Assembly: GCA_029856235.1 (NCBI GenBank)
Contig: JAHQWP010000221.1
Coordinates: forward strand, 3,507-67,506
From: Promethearchaeia archaeon
GTDB taxonomy: Archaea; Asgardarchaeota; Lokiarchaeia; Sigyniarchaeales; SOKP01
Reading direction: 5' to 3'
Length of the DNA stretch: 64,000 nucleotides
The translations under genes and the position numbers were made by a program. Of this stretch, positions 19,917 to 29,815 are shown piece after piece. Positions within the stretch are counted from its first letter, which is position 1; every line of letters starts with the position of its first letter. Under the pieces are notes generated by a model. The model did not search any database. It was not told the origin of the DNA and saw nothing but the letters and a program-made list of their open reading frames with translations.

Positions 19917-20822
19917 CTAATAGAAGGGTTGATCTTCAACCTTAGGTATATTTATCTGAGGAGCATTTTTTCTTATATATTCGATAGATTCTATCGTTTC
20001 ATCCTTCGTCAACTCGAAAACAACAGGACCATTAAAATTCTTCTGGTATATCAGATTTAAAAATTCGGGAGGAAAATTTTTTCCAGTTCCTAACGCGCTA
20101 TGATCAGAGAATAAACTCTTATCGTCGTAATCTTGAAGGTGTATTTCAGCTGTTTTATCCAAATATTTTTTAGTAACTTCGAGGAGATCGTGATTTCCTG
20201 AGAAGCCACCAAGAAAGTGTGCCGTGTCTATACAAAGCTTTGTCCTCAACTTTTTTATAATTTTTAATGTTGCTTCAAAAGGAAACTCAATATTTTCTAT
20301 TGCGATTTTACTTCTATTTATACTTGTTTCTTCTATAAATCTTTCAATACTCTGTATAGCATTATTGCTGAATAACTCCGCCGTAATTGCTTGAATCTGA
20401 GGATTTTCAATAAAATTAATGACGCTTGCGACTGTTTCGCCGGTGGGATGCAAAATAAAGACATCGACATCATCTTCAAGTTCTATAATAGAATTATAAG
20501 CATGAATTATAGCATTAACGCTTCCTTCGCGTATGAATTCATTTGGACCTCCAAGATCTAGGCTCAAGAAAGGAAGATGAGCCGAATAAGTTATGTCATA
20601 TTCATTTTTAATGTCTTGTAATATTCTAATTTGATGATTATTCATTGGAATCGGAAAAACTTGGAACAAATCCAACTCAATTTCAAAATGTTGATAACCA
20701 GATTTGGCAGCTCTCTTAACCAAGTCAGAAAATTGAAATTCTGATATTCCTTCCAACCCTTTTTTGGCAAGGATACCATCAATTAATAGATCATAAGTCA
20801 TAGGTGAAATTCCAAATCTCAT
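19917..20822 (-). CDS. AP endonuclease 2/xylose-isomerase-like TIM barrel metalloenzyme (possibly CbiR-like)
   Basis: SAHLP, ILHP, IEN, CIDTAH, EIHLQD, DHSALG, VVFE. Confidence 0.72.
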   Translation of the reverse strand: MRFGISPMTYDLLIDGILAKKGLEGISEFQFSDLVKRAAKSGYQHFEIELDLFQVFPIPMNNHQIRILQDIKNEYDITYSAHLPFLSLDLGGPNEFIREGSVNAIIHAYNSIIELEDDVDVFILHPTGETVASVINFIENPQIQAITAELFSNNAIQSIERFIEETSINRSKIAIENIEFPFEATLKIIKKLRTKLCIDTAHFLGGFSGNHDLLEVTKKYLDKTAEIHLQDYDDKSLFSDHSALGTGKNFPPEFLNLIYQKNFNGPVVFELTKDETIESIEYIRKNAPQINIPKVEDQPFY

Positions 20823-20929
20823 ACGATATAGTCAACAATTTTCTACAATTTTATATAAATTGTTAAAAGGGGCTTAATTTTTAAATTTTAATTTCTTTTT
20901 ACATTACTATAATAATAGGAACATTTATC

Positions 20930-22105
20930 ATGACTTTATCAAAAAGAGAAAGAGTGATTAGGACTTTAGAACTCGACGATAATATTGATATGCTCCCCGT
21001 CCATTATCTGGGTTTTGAATTTAGTGCTAGTTCTTATCAAAGATTTCTAAAAACTGATGAATACAACAAAAATAAAATGTTCATAGAGAATGATTTCTCT
21101 AGGGTAAAATATTGTTGGGCAGGAGATATTACTGAATTACGATTCTGGAATGTTGATTGCCATTCAATGGATCCATGGGGCCCCAAAAAATACAAAGAAC
21201 CCACAAAACGTGCACCTCCAGAATATCCAGAGTGCATGATCAGTGCGATGGACGGAAGAATATGGAAAATGGTTAAGCAAGTTGATACGGGTTTAGCTTA
21301 TCTGTGGTACGTAGATGGACATTTTCGAACTCCGGAAATAGTGCATCATTATTGGGATAAATATGGAAAACCATCAGAGCTGGTCAATGATAAGCTTAAC
21401 TATACACCCCAAATTTGGGATGGATATGTGGATTCTCTAAAAAAGTATTTATATCCGATGGCGTTCGTACCTATCGCAATTCATGAATCGTTATTTGAAG
21501 GGATGACAATGAGTCGTGTAGCCTATTATATGCGAAAGAATCCCCAATTTATCCATGAGGTTCTCAACGAGTATACTAAATTAAACATAGAAGTTATTAA
21601 GCGCGTTCATGAAGCTGGTGTAGATATTATTTTCTATTCAGACGATTTAGGTTATAAAGGACGGTCGATATTATCAATTGAGCAGTTTAAAAAGTTTATT
21701 CTTCCCTGTTATAAAAAATTGTATAACGCTTGTAAGCAACGAGGAATGTTTATCGTTCAGCACTCTTGTGGATATGTTGATAAAAACTTACCTCATATGG
21801 CAGAAGCAGGACTTAATTGTATTCAAGCACTTGAACCTGCTGCAGGTGTTGATTTAACTTACTTGAAGCAAACTCTTGGCGATAGATTAAGTTTCATGGG
21901 AGGAATAGATTCAAGTCGGATTCTTAACTTTGGATCGCCTAAGGATATAGTAGAGGAGGTAAAACGTTGCGTAAAAGCAGCAGGTAATAACGGTGGTTAT
22001 TTTGTAGGTCCATCCCACAATATCTTGACTACTCCTATGGAAAACCTCAAGGTGTTAAGAGATGCAATTGAAAAATATCGAAAATATCCTTTAAATTTAA
22101 ATTAG
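20930..22105 (+). CDS. UroD/MtaA-superfamily protein, paralog of 13959..15119
   Basis: Same MTLSKRERV start; SDDLGYK, HSCG, GPSH, EKYRKYPL end. Confidence 0.82.
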   Translation: MTLSKRERVIRTLELDDNIDMLPVHYLGFEFSASSYQRFLKTDEYNKNKMFIENDFSRVKYCWAGDITELRFWNVDCHSMDPWGPKKYKEPTKRAPPEYPECMISAMDGRIWKMVKQVDTGLAYLWYVDGHFRTPEIVHHYWDKYGKPSELVNDKLNYTPQIWDGYVDSLKKYLYPMAFVPIAIHESLFEGMTMSRVAYYMRKNPQFIHEVLNEYTKLNIEVIKRVHEAGVDIIFYSDDLGYKGRSILSIEQFKKFILPCYKKLYNACKQRGMFIVQHSCGYVDKNLPHMAEAGLNCIQALEPAAGVDLTYLKQTLGDRLSFMGGIDSSRILNFGSPKDIVEEVKRCVKAAGNNGGYFVGPSHNILTTPMENLKVLRDAIEKYRKYPLNLN

Positions 22106-22131
22106 AAATTGCCTTCAAATGAGAATATAAG

Positions 22132-24267
22132 CTATTTTTGGAGAATTGCGATTATCGGTGATAATGGAGGAATTTCAACCTCAAATTGAGAAATACTTTC
22201 TGATTTTATGTTTAATTTTCCACTCGATATCTTCTGATTTAATCCGCTATAGATGACTACACTACTAACTTCCAATCCATATTTCATAAGGTCGATTTGA
22301 ACATCCAATTTCTGGACTCGACTACTTAAATTATAAGCTGTAATTACTCCAGATTTATCAATTTCACTCACATGAAGATGAATGTTGTAATCAATGCCGT
22401 AAAATTTACCTCGAGTAAAGAAGGACTTATTTTGTTTATAAAGTATCATCGCATCCTTTAAGGTTTTGTATTTTGGACTATCTCTATCTTTTAAACCACC
22501 AATTCCTAAATGTCTAGCAAGAGAAGCGTACCACCAGAATTGTAGCATGTTTTCATTATCGCTATTTTCATTAATATGTAAATATAAGGGAATTGAATAA
22601 GCTAAATTGTATTCAAAAAGCTGTGTTGCCCTCCCAGACAATAAATCATGCATTGAATTCCACATGCATTCAAAGCCCCAATTTTCATCAAAACTATGTG
22701 GAAGGTTGTGTTGGTAATATAACGGATGCCGTGGTATTACTCCTCTGGTGTGAGCTTCTATAAGAATATGGGGAAACTTTTTCTTTACATTTTGGATGAC
22801 TTTGAAAATGTTTTCAGCATGTGTATTTCTTAGCATTGGAACCTCATGCCCGTGATCCTTACTGAAACAACCGATATTATCCACCATAAATGTTGCTAAA
22901 TCAGTAAAGTCAAACATGAAAAAGTCTATTCCCTCCTTTGCGAGCTCTAACACCCTACGAGTTTTTTCCTCAACCCAATGATTATTAGCACATAAACTAA
23001 ATAGATTTATATAGGGATCTGCTACAACTTTTATTCCCGTTTTGCTTCTTAAGTAAAATTCGTCGGGTCCGTCCTCTCCCTCAAAATTCATCATAAGATG
23101 CAACGCTAATTTTAATCCGTATTTCTCATGGATATTTTGTGAGAACTTCTTTAAAGACCCAAATCTCTCCTTGTTCCAAATGGAAGAACCTAAAGCTATA
23201 TTCCACCCCGGATCTAAATACAAGCATTCAGCCCCAATATCTCGAGCTATTTCGGCCTCTTCATATAATTGTTCTAAAGTATAAGCTTCAAATTCAACAT
23301 CCTTTACAAAAAACCCAGTCTTCTCGGATACCCATCCTAAGTTGTACAATTCATTCCAATGAACGGGAGGATCGTAATCGGGCTTAAATTTATGCCCATG
23401 CTCCTCCAGATGACTTCTATAAAGATAATATCCCTCTTTATAATCTCCTTGGTATATAGCATACCTGGTAACACCAAATGAGTAGCTAGTTTCTGGGCTT
23501 AAGCTTGTAGCTAGCTCCGGATTGCCCTCATATAAGGAAACTCCTCCGAACACGATATCAACATTCTCAGCACCTCTTCCAGGTAATGTGGTTGGAAGTC
23601 TATGAAATCGAGAATATTCCATTTGAGACGGATTGTATTTGCATGTGAGTAATCCACCTTCTTCATTACCCCACAACCACCCTTCAGCACAAAATCCGGG
23701 CATATCTGCTTCCATTTCAACCCAAGCTCGAAACAAGATATCATTAGCACTAAAATTCTCTTTTCTTCGATCATCTCCATACCCAAAATATCTTCGAGTT
23801 GGAATGGCTGTTAAAGTATATTCGTCTAAGTGGTCAATCCATCCAGAGTATTGCTTGAAAAAAGCTTTCTTAAATCCTAAATTGATCAATCCTATTCTGA
23901 CTTTTTTACTTCCACGATTATTCAATGTGATCTTTTCATCTAACCACGGGCTTCCTTTTTCAAGAAAGAATTCGTGAGTAATAACAATATTAGTTTCTTC
24001 AAATTTTCCTTCGATAATTAATCTTTCCTTGCCTTCTTTTCGGATTTCTCTTGAAGACAACTTTTTGGCTTTATATTCTGATCCTAAGTGAAGTAGATAA
24101 GCGTAACGAGATCCTTTTTTACTAGACGTTAAAATTCTATAATGGTATTCTTCGTCAGCATAAACTGTATTATCAATTTTGCTATAAAGGATATAGCAAA
24201 ATCCTCGATCACCCCTATTTTGAACTTTTAACTCCCAATTTTGGTTTTCTAAAGTATAATCCGTCAT
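22132..24267 (-). CDS. Divergent clan GH-D (GH36-like) glycoside hydrolase
   Basis: N-terminal beta-sandwich, PVHWN, LYLDPGW, ERFGSLK, GIDFFMFDF, FPHILIE. Confidence 0.62.
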   Translation of the reverse strand: MTDYTLENQNWELKVQNRGDRGFCYILYSKIDNTVYADEEYHYRILTSSKKGSRYAYLLHLGSEYKAKKLSSREIRKEGKERLIIEGKFEETNIVITHEFFLEKGSPWLDEKITLNNRGSKKVRIGLINLGFKKAFFKQYSGWIDHLDEYTLTAIPTRRYFGYGDDRRKENFSANDILFRAWVEMEADMPGFCAEGWLWGNEEGGLLTCKYNPSQMEYSRFHRLPTTLPGRGAENVDIVFGGVSLYEGNPELATSLSPETSYSFGVTRYAIYQGDYKEGYYLYRSHLEEHGHKFKPDYDPPVHWNELYNLGWVSEKTGFFVKDVEFEAYTLEQLYEEAEIARDIGAECLYLDPGWNIALGSSIWNKERFGSLKKFSQNIHEKYGLKLALHLMMNFEGEDGPDEFYLRSKTGIKVVADPYINLFSLCANNHWVEEKTRRVLELAKEGIDFFMFDFTDLATFMVDNIGCFSKDHGHEVPMLRNTHAENIFKVIQNVKKKFPHILIEAHTRGVIPRHPLYYQHNLPHSFDENWGFECMWNSMHDLLSGRATQLFEYNLAYSIPLYLHINENSDNENMLQFWWYASLARHLGIGGLKDRDSPKYKTLKDAMILYKQNKSFFTRGKFYGIDYNIHLHVSEIDKSGVITAYNLSSRVQKLDVQIDLMKYGLEVSSVVIYSGLNQKISSGKLNIKSESISQFEVEIPPLSPIIAILQK

Positions 24268-24334
24268 TTCTTTACTTAAATTTAGCTATAATTTATTGAA
24301 AGGTTTATTGATTCTTAGAATTATTCATACTTAG

Positions 24335-24350
24335 TACCATTTAAATGGTA
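24335..24350. promoter_or_regulatory. Perfect 16-bp palindrome TACCATTTAAATGGTA, candidate operator
   Basis: Lies in the divergent intergenic region between the glycosidase and the GPH transporter. Confidence 0.5.
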
Positions 24351-24515
24351 ATGTTGTGTCAAGTTTGAACTTATTGTGTATCTTGTCATTTTTAGTATAA
24401 CTATCCGCATAAAAGGGAAATCTTTAAAAAAAGAAAAGTTGATTAGTATTAATCAAAATTTTTTATAAAAAATTAACAAATAAAATTATCTAAATATTAA
24501 AAATATGTGATTTTT

Positions 24516-25961
24516 ATGGTTGAAAATGAAGAAAGTACTTCAAGACATTCTTTTTTTACTTTTCTATCTTTTGGTACGTACAATATCCTATGGACAATTC
24601 CAACAGCAACAATGAACCTTTTCATGTTTTTTTTCTATCATACAGTTGTGGGTCTTGAGGCAGTTTGGATATTGACTGTCGTTGCTATAAACACAATATG
24701 GGCAGGTCTTAACGATCCTTTAATAGGGTGGCTAACCGATCGAAATTTTAAGTGGACAAGAAAATGGGGTCGACGCTTTCCGTGGATAGCAATCGCTTTT
24801 CTTCCGGAAGCATTGTCTCTAATCATGATATTTTCTCCTCCAGATCTACCAAGGAATGCCGAGAATATACTAATAGATCCTTTGCCAGTGATGCTTTGGC
24901 TTTTACTCTCTCTGTTCGTGTTTGATTTATTTGCTACGCTTGTTGATGTCCATACAGCTATACTTCGTACAGATAAATTTCGAACGGAAGCAGAAAGAAG
25001 GAAAGGTGCAGGATCTTGGGGTTTCTTTGACATGATCGCACAAGTCCTTGGAATGATGATTCCACCGCTTCTATTGTTTTTTGGAGCCACAATTTTATCA
25101 TACGCCGTTATGGCAGCAATTATTGCTTTAATAGCGATAATCTTTGGCTTAATGTTCGTTTTGAAGGGTGCTCGGGAGGATAAGATCATTATTGATCGAT
25201 ATTATTCTAGAGATTATGAACGACTGCACGTACTTAAAGGTGTATGGCTAGCTATTAAACAGAAAAGTTTTCTGTCTCTCTTTATTCATTACGTTCTATG
25301 GCTCTCGGCTACTGCCTCGATAATGACTGGAATGATAGCATACTTAGTAACATTTATTTTCAAATCTAATGATCCGGATGCAATGATCCCATTTCTCGCA
25401 CTTTTTCTCTTGGGATCATTAATTTCTATTCCAGTTTGGCTCAAAATTCTTAAGAAAATGAATAACAATAAAAAAACCTACATTATCGGAAGCCTATTAT
25501 TAGTTGCCCTTACAATGCCAACGACCTTTTTCCAAGGAGATATTATGTTAATGATTATCCTGTTTCTTGTTGGTTTCAGCAATGGATGCGTATGGACTAT
25601 TGGAATGCCTGTATTATATTCGAACGCACAAGATGATTTTGTTGTGCGAACTGGGAAGAACCAGAAAGGTATTATGGTTGGTACTTGGGCGGTAATAGGA
25701 CTCGCTACAGCCTTTATTGACGAAGCATTAATAACATTGGTATTTTTTATCACCGGATTTAATGCAGGACTAGAAGATTATACAGCTTTAGTTAATTCTG
25801 GTGCAAATGTAGAACTTGTCCAATGGGGAATTCGTTTCCTTCTAGGAGTTATCCCTGCGTTGCTCATCTTAACGGGTACTTTGCTCTTTTGGAAATTTTA
25901 TCCACTTACACAAGAGAAAGTTCTTGAAAACAAAGCCAAGCTACTTGAACTTGGTTTTTAA
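24516..25961 (+). CDS. GPH/MelB-family (MFS_2) transporter
   Basis: WAGLNDPLIGWLTDR, WGRRFPW, FWKFYPL. Confidence 0.88.
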   Translation: MVENEESTSRHSFFTFLSFGTYNILWTIPTATMNLFMFFFYHTVVGLEAVWILTVVAINTIWAGLNDPLIGWLTDRNFKWTRKWGRRFPWIAIAFLPEALSLIMIFSPPDLPRNAENILIDPLPVMLWLLLSLFVFDLFATLVDVHTAILRTDKFRTEAERRKGAGSWGFFDMIAQVLGMMIPPLLLFFGATILSYAVMAAIIALIAIIFGLMFVLKGAREDKIIIDRYYSRDYERLHVLKGVWLAIKQKSFLSLFIHYVLWLSATASIMTGMIAYLVTFIFKSNDPDAMIPFLALFLLGSLISIPVWLKILKKMNNNKKTYIIGSLLLVALTMPTTFFQGDIMLMIILFLVGFSNGCVWTIGMPVLYSNAQDDFVVRTGKNQKGIMVGTWAVIGLATAFIDEALITLVFFITGFNAGLEDYTALVNSGANVELVQWGIRFLLGVIPALLILTGTLLFWKFYPLTQEKVLENKAKLLELGF

Positions 25962-26013
25962 ACTATTTTTTTTATTTTGTATTTTTATTAGATTTAGTTT
26001 TCAAAATCCCATT

Positions 26014-27147
26014 TCATAACTTTAATGGGTATTCCCCGTATTTCTTTGTCGCAGAGATCATCGTTAAGACATTTTCACGTTTGCATGAATTGGTAATGTC
26101 CGTACAAGCACTTAGCATATATCCCCCACCTTTACCGGCATCACTAATACATTTTTTAACTGCTTTTACCACATCATCCTTAGTACCGTAAGGCAATAAT
26201 TGTGAAACATCAATATTCCCGATTAAGCATAGCTTATCTCCATATACTTCCTTCAAATGCTTTAAGTTCATACCTGCCATGGGTTCTAAGGATTCAACAG
26301 CATTAAAGCCTGCTTCAATCAGCCCTTCAAAATATGGTTCAGTAAACCCATCTGAGTGGAAGCACACGTATTTACCCGCTTTTTTTAAAATCTGGACCGC
26401 CTGCTTATACGCGGGAATGATAAGTTCTCGATGGTATTTGGGGTTTATCATAGTAGTATTTTTTAGGGCAGTATCATCACATATGAAGAAAACATCGAAA
26501 TCCGTTTCTGCGTTTAATTTTGCTGCTGCAATTAATTTTTTAGCTCGTAGATCAATGAAACGCTTAATTTTACTTCTGTTTTTCCTTATCAATTTTATTA
26601 ATAATCCTAAACCTAAACCTTGCCAAAGAGGCTCTAAAATTGGTTCAAGATGACAACATGGTACAAACTCATCGGTAGGAAATTTGCTTAATCTTTTGTT
26701 AATGTGTCTTGCAAAATCTGGAGCTTCTTCCCATTCTATAGCGAAATAAGTATCGTGAAAATAATCTGCTTTTTCTTCAGTATCAATGTAATTTTTCAGA
26801 TAATAAGCTACTCCCATATCATCTTTATCTTGCTTTAAGAAAATTCTGCCATTAAAATCAATATATTTATCGTTATCTGCTAATTTCGGTAAAGGATGTT
26901 CTTGCATGTGCTTCTGGGGAATGAAGCTTGGAAACGAGTCGAAACCCCACGACATATCAAAACCAAGTTTATATTCTAAATTAAAATTTCTATATGACAG
27001 CTTGTATTTCCTCTCCTTTGTATAAGAATCTCCCCAATAATTTAGGAGTTCTCGTTCAAATCCCGGCATAAGAATTTGACAAAATAGTGGTACGCGGTCC
27101 GGTTCTTCGTGATTTAATGCTTTTATTACTCTTTTACGAGCGCTCAT
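26014..27147 (-). CDS. UroD/MtaA-superfamily protein (HSDG subtype)
   Basis: LNHEEPDRVP, CDDTA, FHSDG, LIGNID, GGGYML. Confidence 0.82.
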   Translation of the reverse strand: MSARKRVIKALNHEEPDRVPLFCQILMPGFERELLNYWGDSYTKERKYKLSYRNFNLEYKLGFDMSWGFDSFPSFIPQKHMQEHPLPKLADNDKYIDFNGRIFLKQDKDDMGVAYYLKNYIDTEEKADYFHDTYFAIEWEEAPDFARHINKRLSKFPTDEFVPCCHLEPILEPLWQGLGLGLLIKLIRKNRSKIKRFIDLRAKKLIAAAKLNAETDFDVFFICDDTALKNTTMINPKYHRELIIPAYKQAVQILKKAGKYVCFHSDGFTEPYFEGLIEAGFNAVESLEPMAGMNLKHLKEVYGDKLCLIGNIDVSQLLPYGTKDDVVKAVKKCISDAGKGGGYMLSACTDITNSCKRENVLTMISATKKYGEYPLKL

Positions 27148-27247
27148 ATTTTATAACTCCCAATAATTCAAAAATGGTGTAGATGATAAAAAACCAAAAT
27201 TTTATCCCTAAATTAAATTTATCAATCTTCTAAATCTATTAAATTAC

Positions 27248-28015
27248 ATGGTAGTATTAATTGAGAAGGATTATCCTGTTTTTACAATTACGATTAATAA
27301 TCCCGAAAGTAAAAACGCAGTTGATGGGTTTACAGCTCAAGAACTGAGTTCTGCCTTTAGAGAATTCGATGTAGATGAAAAAGCTTTAGTTGCTGTGTTA
27401 TGGGGTGCCAATGGTACTTTCTGTTCGGGTGCTAATTTAAAGGCGATTACGGATGGACGAGGAAATAAAGTAGAAAAAGAAGGAGATGGACCAATGGGTC
27501 CGACTCGAATGAGGTTAAAAAAACCAGTTATAGCAGCTATCGCTGGTTATGCTGTTGCTGGTGGCTTAGAACTTGCCTTGTGGTGTGATATGCGCGTAGT
27601 TGAAAAAACCGCGATATTTGGAGTGTTTTGTCGTAGATTTGGAGTACCCCTTGTAGATGGGGGTACGGTAAGATTGCCAAGGCTTATTGGTCTAAGTCGT
27701 GCTATGGATATGATTCTTACTGGGCGTTCTGTAGACGCCGAAGAAGCATATGAATGGGGACTGGCTAATCGAATTGTAGATAACGGGCAATCTAGAATAG
27801 AAGCAGAAAAATTGGCAAGAAAAATTGCTGCATTCCCGCAGACTTGCATGAGAAACGATCGCATTTCTTCCTATGAACAGTTTGGATTGAGTATTAAAGA
27901 TGCGATGGCAAATGAATTTGAATTAGGCTTAAAAACGCTTGAAAGCGAAGAGTTTCTTGAAGGGAGTAATGCTTTCTCTAAAGGGAAAGGAAAACATGGT
28001 ACTTTTAATAATTAG
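27248..28015 (+). CDS. Enoyl-CoA hydratase/isomerase (crotonase) family protein
   Basis: FCSGANL, KPVIAAIAGYAVAGGLELALWCD, GVPLVDGG. Confidence 0.9.
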   Translation: MVVLIEKDYPVFTITINNPESKNAVDGFTAQELSSAFREFDVDEKALVAVLWGANGTFCSGANLKAITDGRGNKVEKEGDGPMGPTRMRLKKPVIAAIAGYAVAGGLELALWCDMRVVEKTAIFGVFCRRFGVPLVDGGTVRLPRLIGLSRAMDMILTGRSVDAEEAYEWGLANRIVDNGQSRIEAEKLARKIAAFPQTCMRNDRISSYEQFGLSIKDAMANEFELGLKTLESEEFLEGSNAFSKGKGKHGTFNN

Positions 28016-28048
28016 CTTAATTTTATACTTCTTGGTAAAGGTGAGATA

Positions 28049-28468
28049 ATGATTGTATTCGAAGAATTTAGAGTTAAAACTCCACAAAGAGAAATCTTAC
28101 TTGAGATCACAAATGAGATAAGAAGAATTGTAAGAAATTCTAACATTAACGAAGGAGTTTGCCGAGTTTTTGTTCCACACACTACTGCGGGTATTACAAT
28201 TAACGAAAACGCAGATCCATCTGTCATGAAGGATGTTGTTAATTATTTAAACAAATTAATTCCAAAAGGGGGAAGCTTAGGGTATAGTTTTAAGCATATG
28301 GAAGGAAATTCTGATGCGCATATTAAATGTTCGTTAACAGGATCTTCGATTGAAATGCTAATTCACAACGGAAAATTAATGCTTGGAACTTGGCAAGGGA
28401 TTATGTTTGCAGAATACGATGGTCCTAGAAATAGAAAGGTTTTTGTTCAAATCGATGGAGAGACTTAA
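28049..28468 (+). CDS. yjbQ: YjbQ/UPF0047 family protein
   Basis: PHTTAGITINENADP, EGNSDAHIK, LGTWQGI, EYDGPR. Confidence 0.9.
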   Translation: MIVFEEFRVKTPQREILLEITNEIRRIVRNSNINEGVCRVFVPHTTAGITINENADPSVMKDVVNYLNKLIPKGGSLGYSFKHMEGNSDAHIKCSLTGSSIEMLIHNGKLMLGTWQGIMFAEYDGPRNRKVFVQIDGET

Positions 28469-28472
28469 AAAC

Positions 28473-29705
28473 TTAATACTTTTTATCGACCAGAGTGAAA
28501 GTAATAATAATAGAAATAATCATCAAACCAAGTATAATGTAGAAGGGAGCAAAAATATCAGTCTCTCCTAAAGGACTCATAATCATTGGGGCTATTGCTC
28601 CACAGAAAAACCCAATCGCGTTATTAAATCCGATGCCTGAACCCTTTAGATCGGGTTCAATATCTTCAATCACTTCTAATAGAAGCGTATTCCCTGCAGG
28701 ATCGAATAGAGCAATACCTATTCCTATAAATGACACAACAATTAGAAACACTATAAGGTTTAATACAAACGCATGGAAAAAGAAAGGAATTCCGAAAATC
28801 ATTACGATAATTTGTCCTGACATCATCAGTTTTCGAGGACCATATCTAATTAGTAGCCTATTGGCAATAAAAATAAACACAACATAGAGTGCTAAAATTC
28901 CCAACATCAGATAACTTGAAATTATTTCACTTAAACCAAATCCTTGGTCATTATTTTGAAAAACCCATATCAGATACGCTGTGATAAACCCAAATAAAAA
29001 CCATCTCACGCAATTGAGTAAAAGCGTAAAAACATATTGACGTTCTTTAAGGAGTACCTTTATATTAGCTATATTGAATTCCATATTCTTTTTTTGACCT
29101 TTAGTTGATTCAAGACTGTTATCTTCTCTTAGAACAATAAAAATAATTATCATACTCGATAAGATTAATAAGCCTTGTACTAAAAATATGCTCCGAAATC
29201 CTAAGAAACCCGATATATACCCTCCTAATATAAAACCCAAGAAGTAACCAATATTCATGTACAAAGTATAATATCCCATTCCCTTACTATGCTGATCTTT
29301 TTTGTAAATATCTCCGATAACTGCTTGAAGAATCGATGTATAAGCTCCTGCTCCTTGAATTGCTCTGTAAAGGATCATCTGTAAAACATTTTGAGCTGTA
29401 AAGCTTAAAAGCGTTCCTATAAGATATATTAGCATCCCGAATAAGACTACTTTTCGACGACCTAATTTATCTGAAGCAGCTGCATAAGGATATTGAAAAA
29501 TACACTGAGTCACTGAAAATGTGCCAATTATAATTCCATAAGATGTGAGAGATCCGGCGACTCTTACAACGAATGAAGGCAATCCAATTTCAACGATGCT
29601 CATCCCCATACTTCTGAAAGCAACAGACATCAAAACAACTATTAATAAATTCTTTGTATGTCTCCCGAATCCTCCACTTGAAGAAATTTTAGTCTCCTCT
29701 CCTAT
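28473..29705 (-). CDS. MFS transporter (YajR-like); start probably upstream of TTG 29633, candidate ATA at 29705
   Basis: SDKLGRRK, YRAIQGAG; TM1 (NLLIVVLMSVAF) begins upstream of 29633 in an open frame. Confidence 0.8.
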   Translation of the reverse strand: MGEETKISSSGGFGRHTKNLLIVVLMSVAFRSMGMSIVEIGLPSFVVRVAGSLTSYGIIIGTFSVTQCIFQYPYAAASDKLGRRKVVLFGMLIYLIGTLLSFTAQNVLQMILYRAIQGAGAYTSILQAVIGDIYKKDQHSKGMGYYTLYMNIGYFLGFILGGYISGFLGFRSIFLVQGLLILSSMIIIFIVLREDNSLESTKGQKKNMEFNIANIKVLLKERQYVFTLLLNCVRWFLFGFITAYLIWVFQNNDQGFGLSEIISSYLMLGILALYVVFIFIANRLLIRYGPRKLMMSGQIIVMIFGIPFFFHAFVLNLIVFLIVVSFIGIGIALFDPAGNTLLLEVIEDIEPDLKGSGIGFNNAIGFFCGAIAPMIMSPLGETDIFAPFYIILGLMIISIIITFTLVDKKY

Positions 29706-29815
29706 TAGCCTATTTAATTGAGAAATTCAGAAACCAATATAAATTTATTTTTATCAATATTTAGTAATATGATCCGTACGTTCGATTAAAATTATTAACT
29801 AAGGGTTTAAATTAC

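Noticed and set aside
5281-27192. 15-nt sequence TGTAGATGATAAAAA at 5281-5295 and 27178-27192, both in divergent intergenic regions
   Set aside because: Only two copies, not palindromic, next to unrelated genes; chance matches of this length are plausible in 64 kb of AT-rich DNA.
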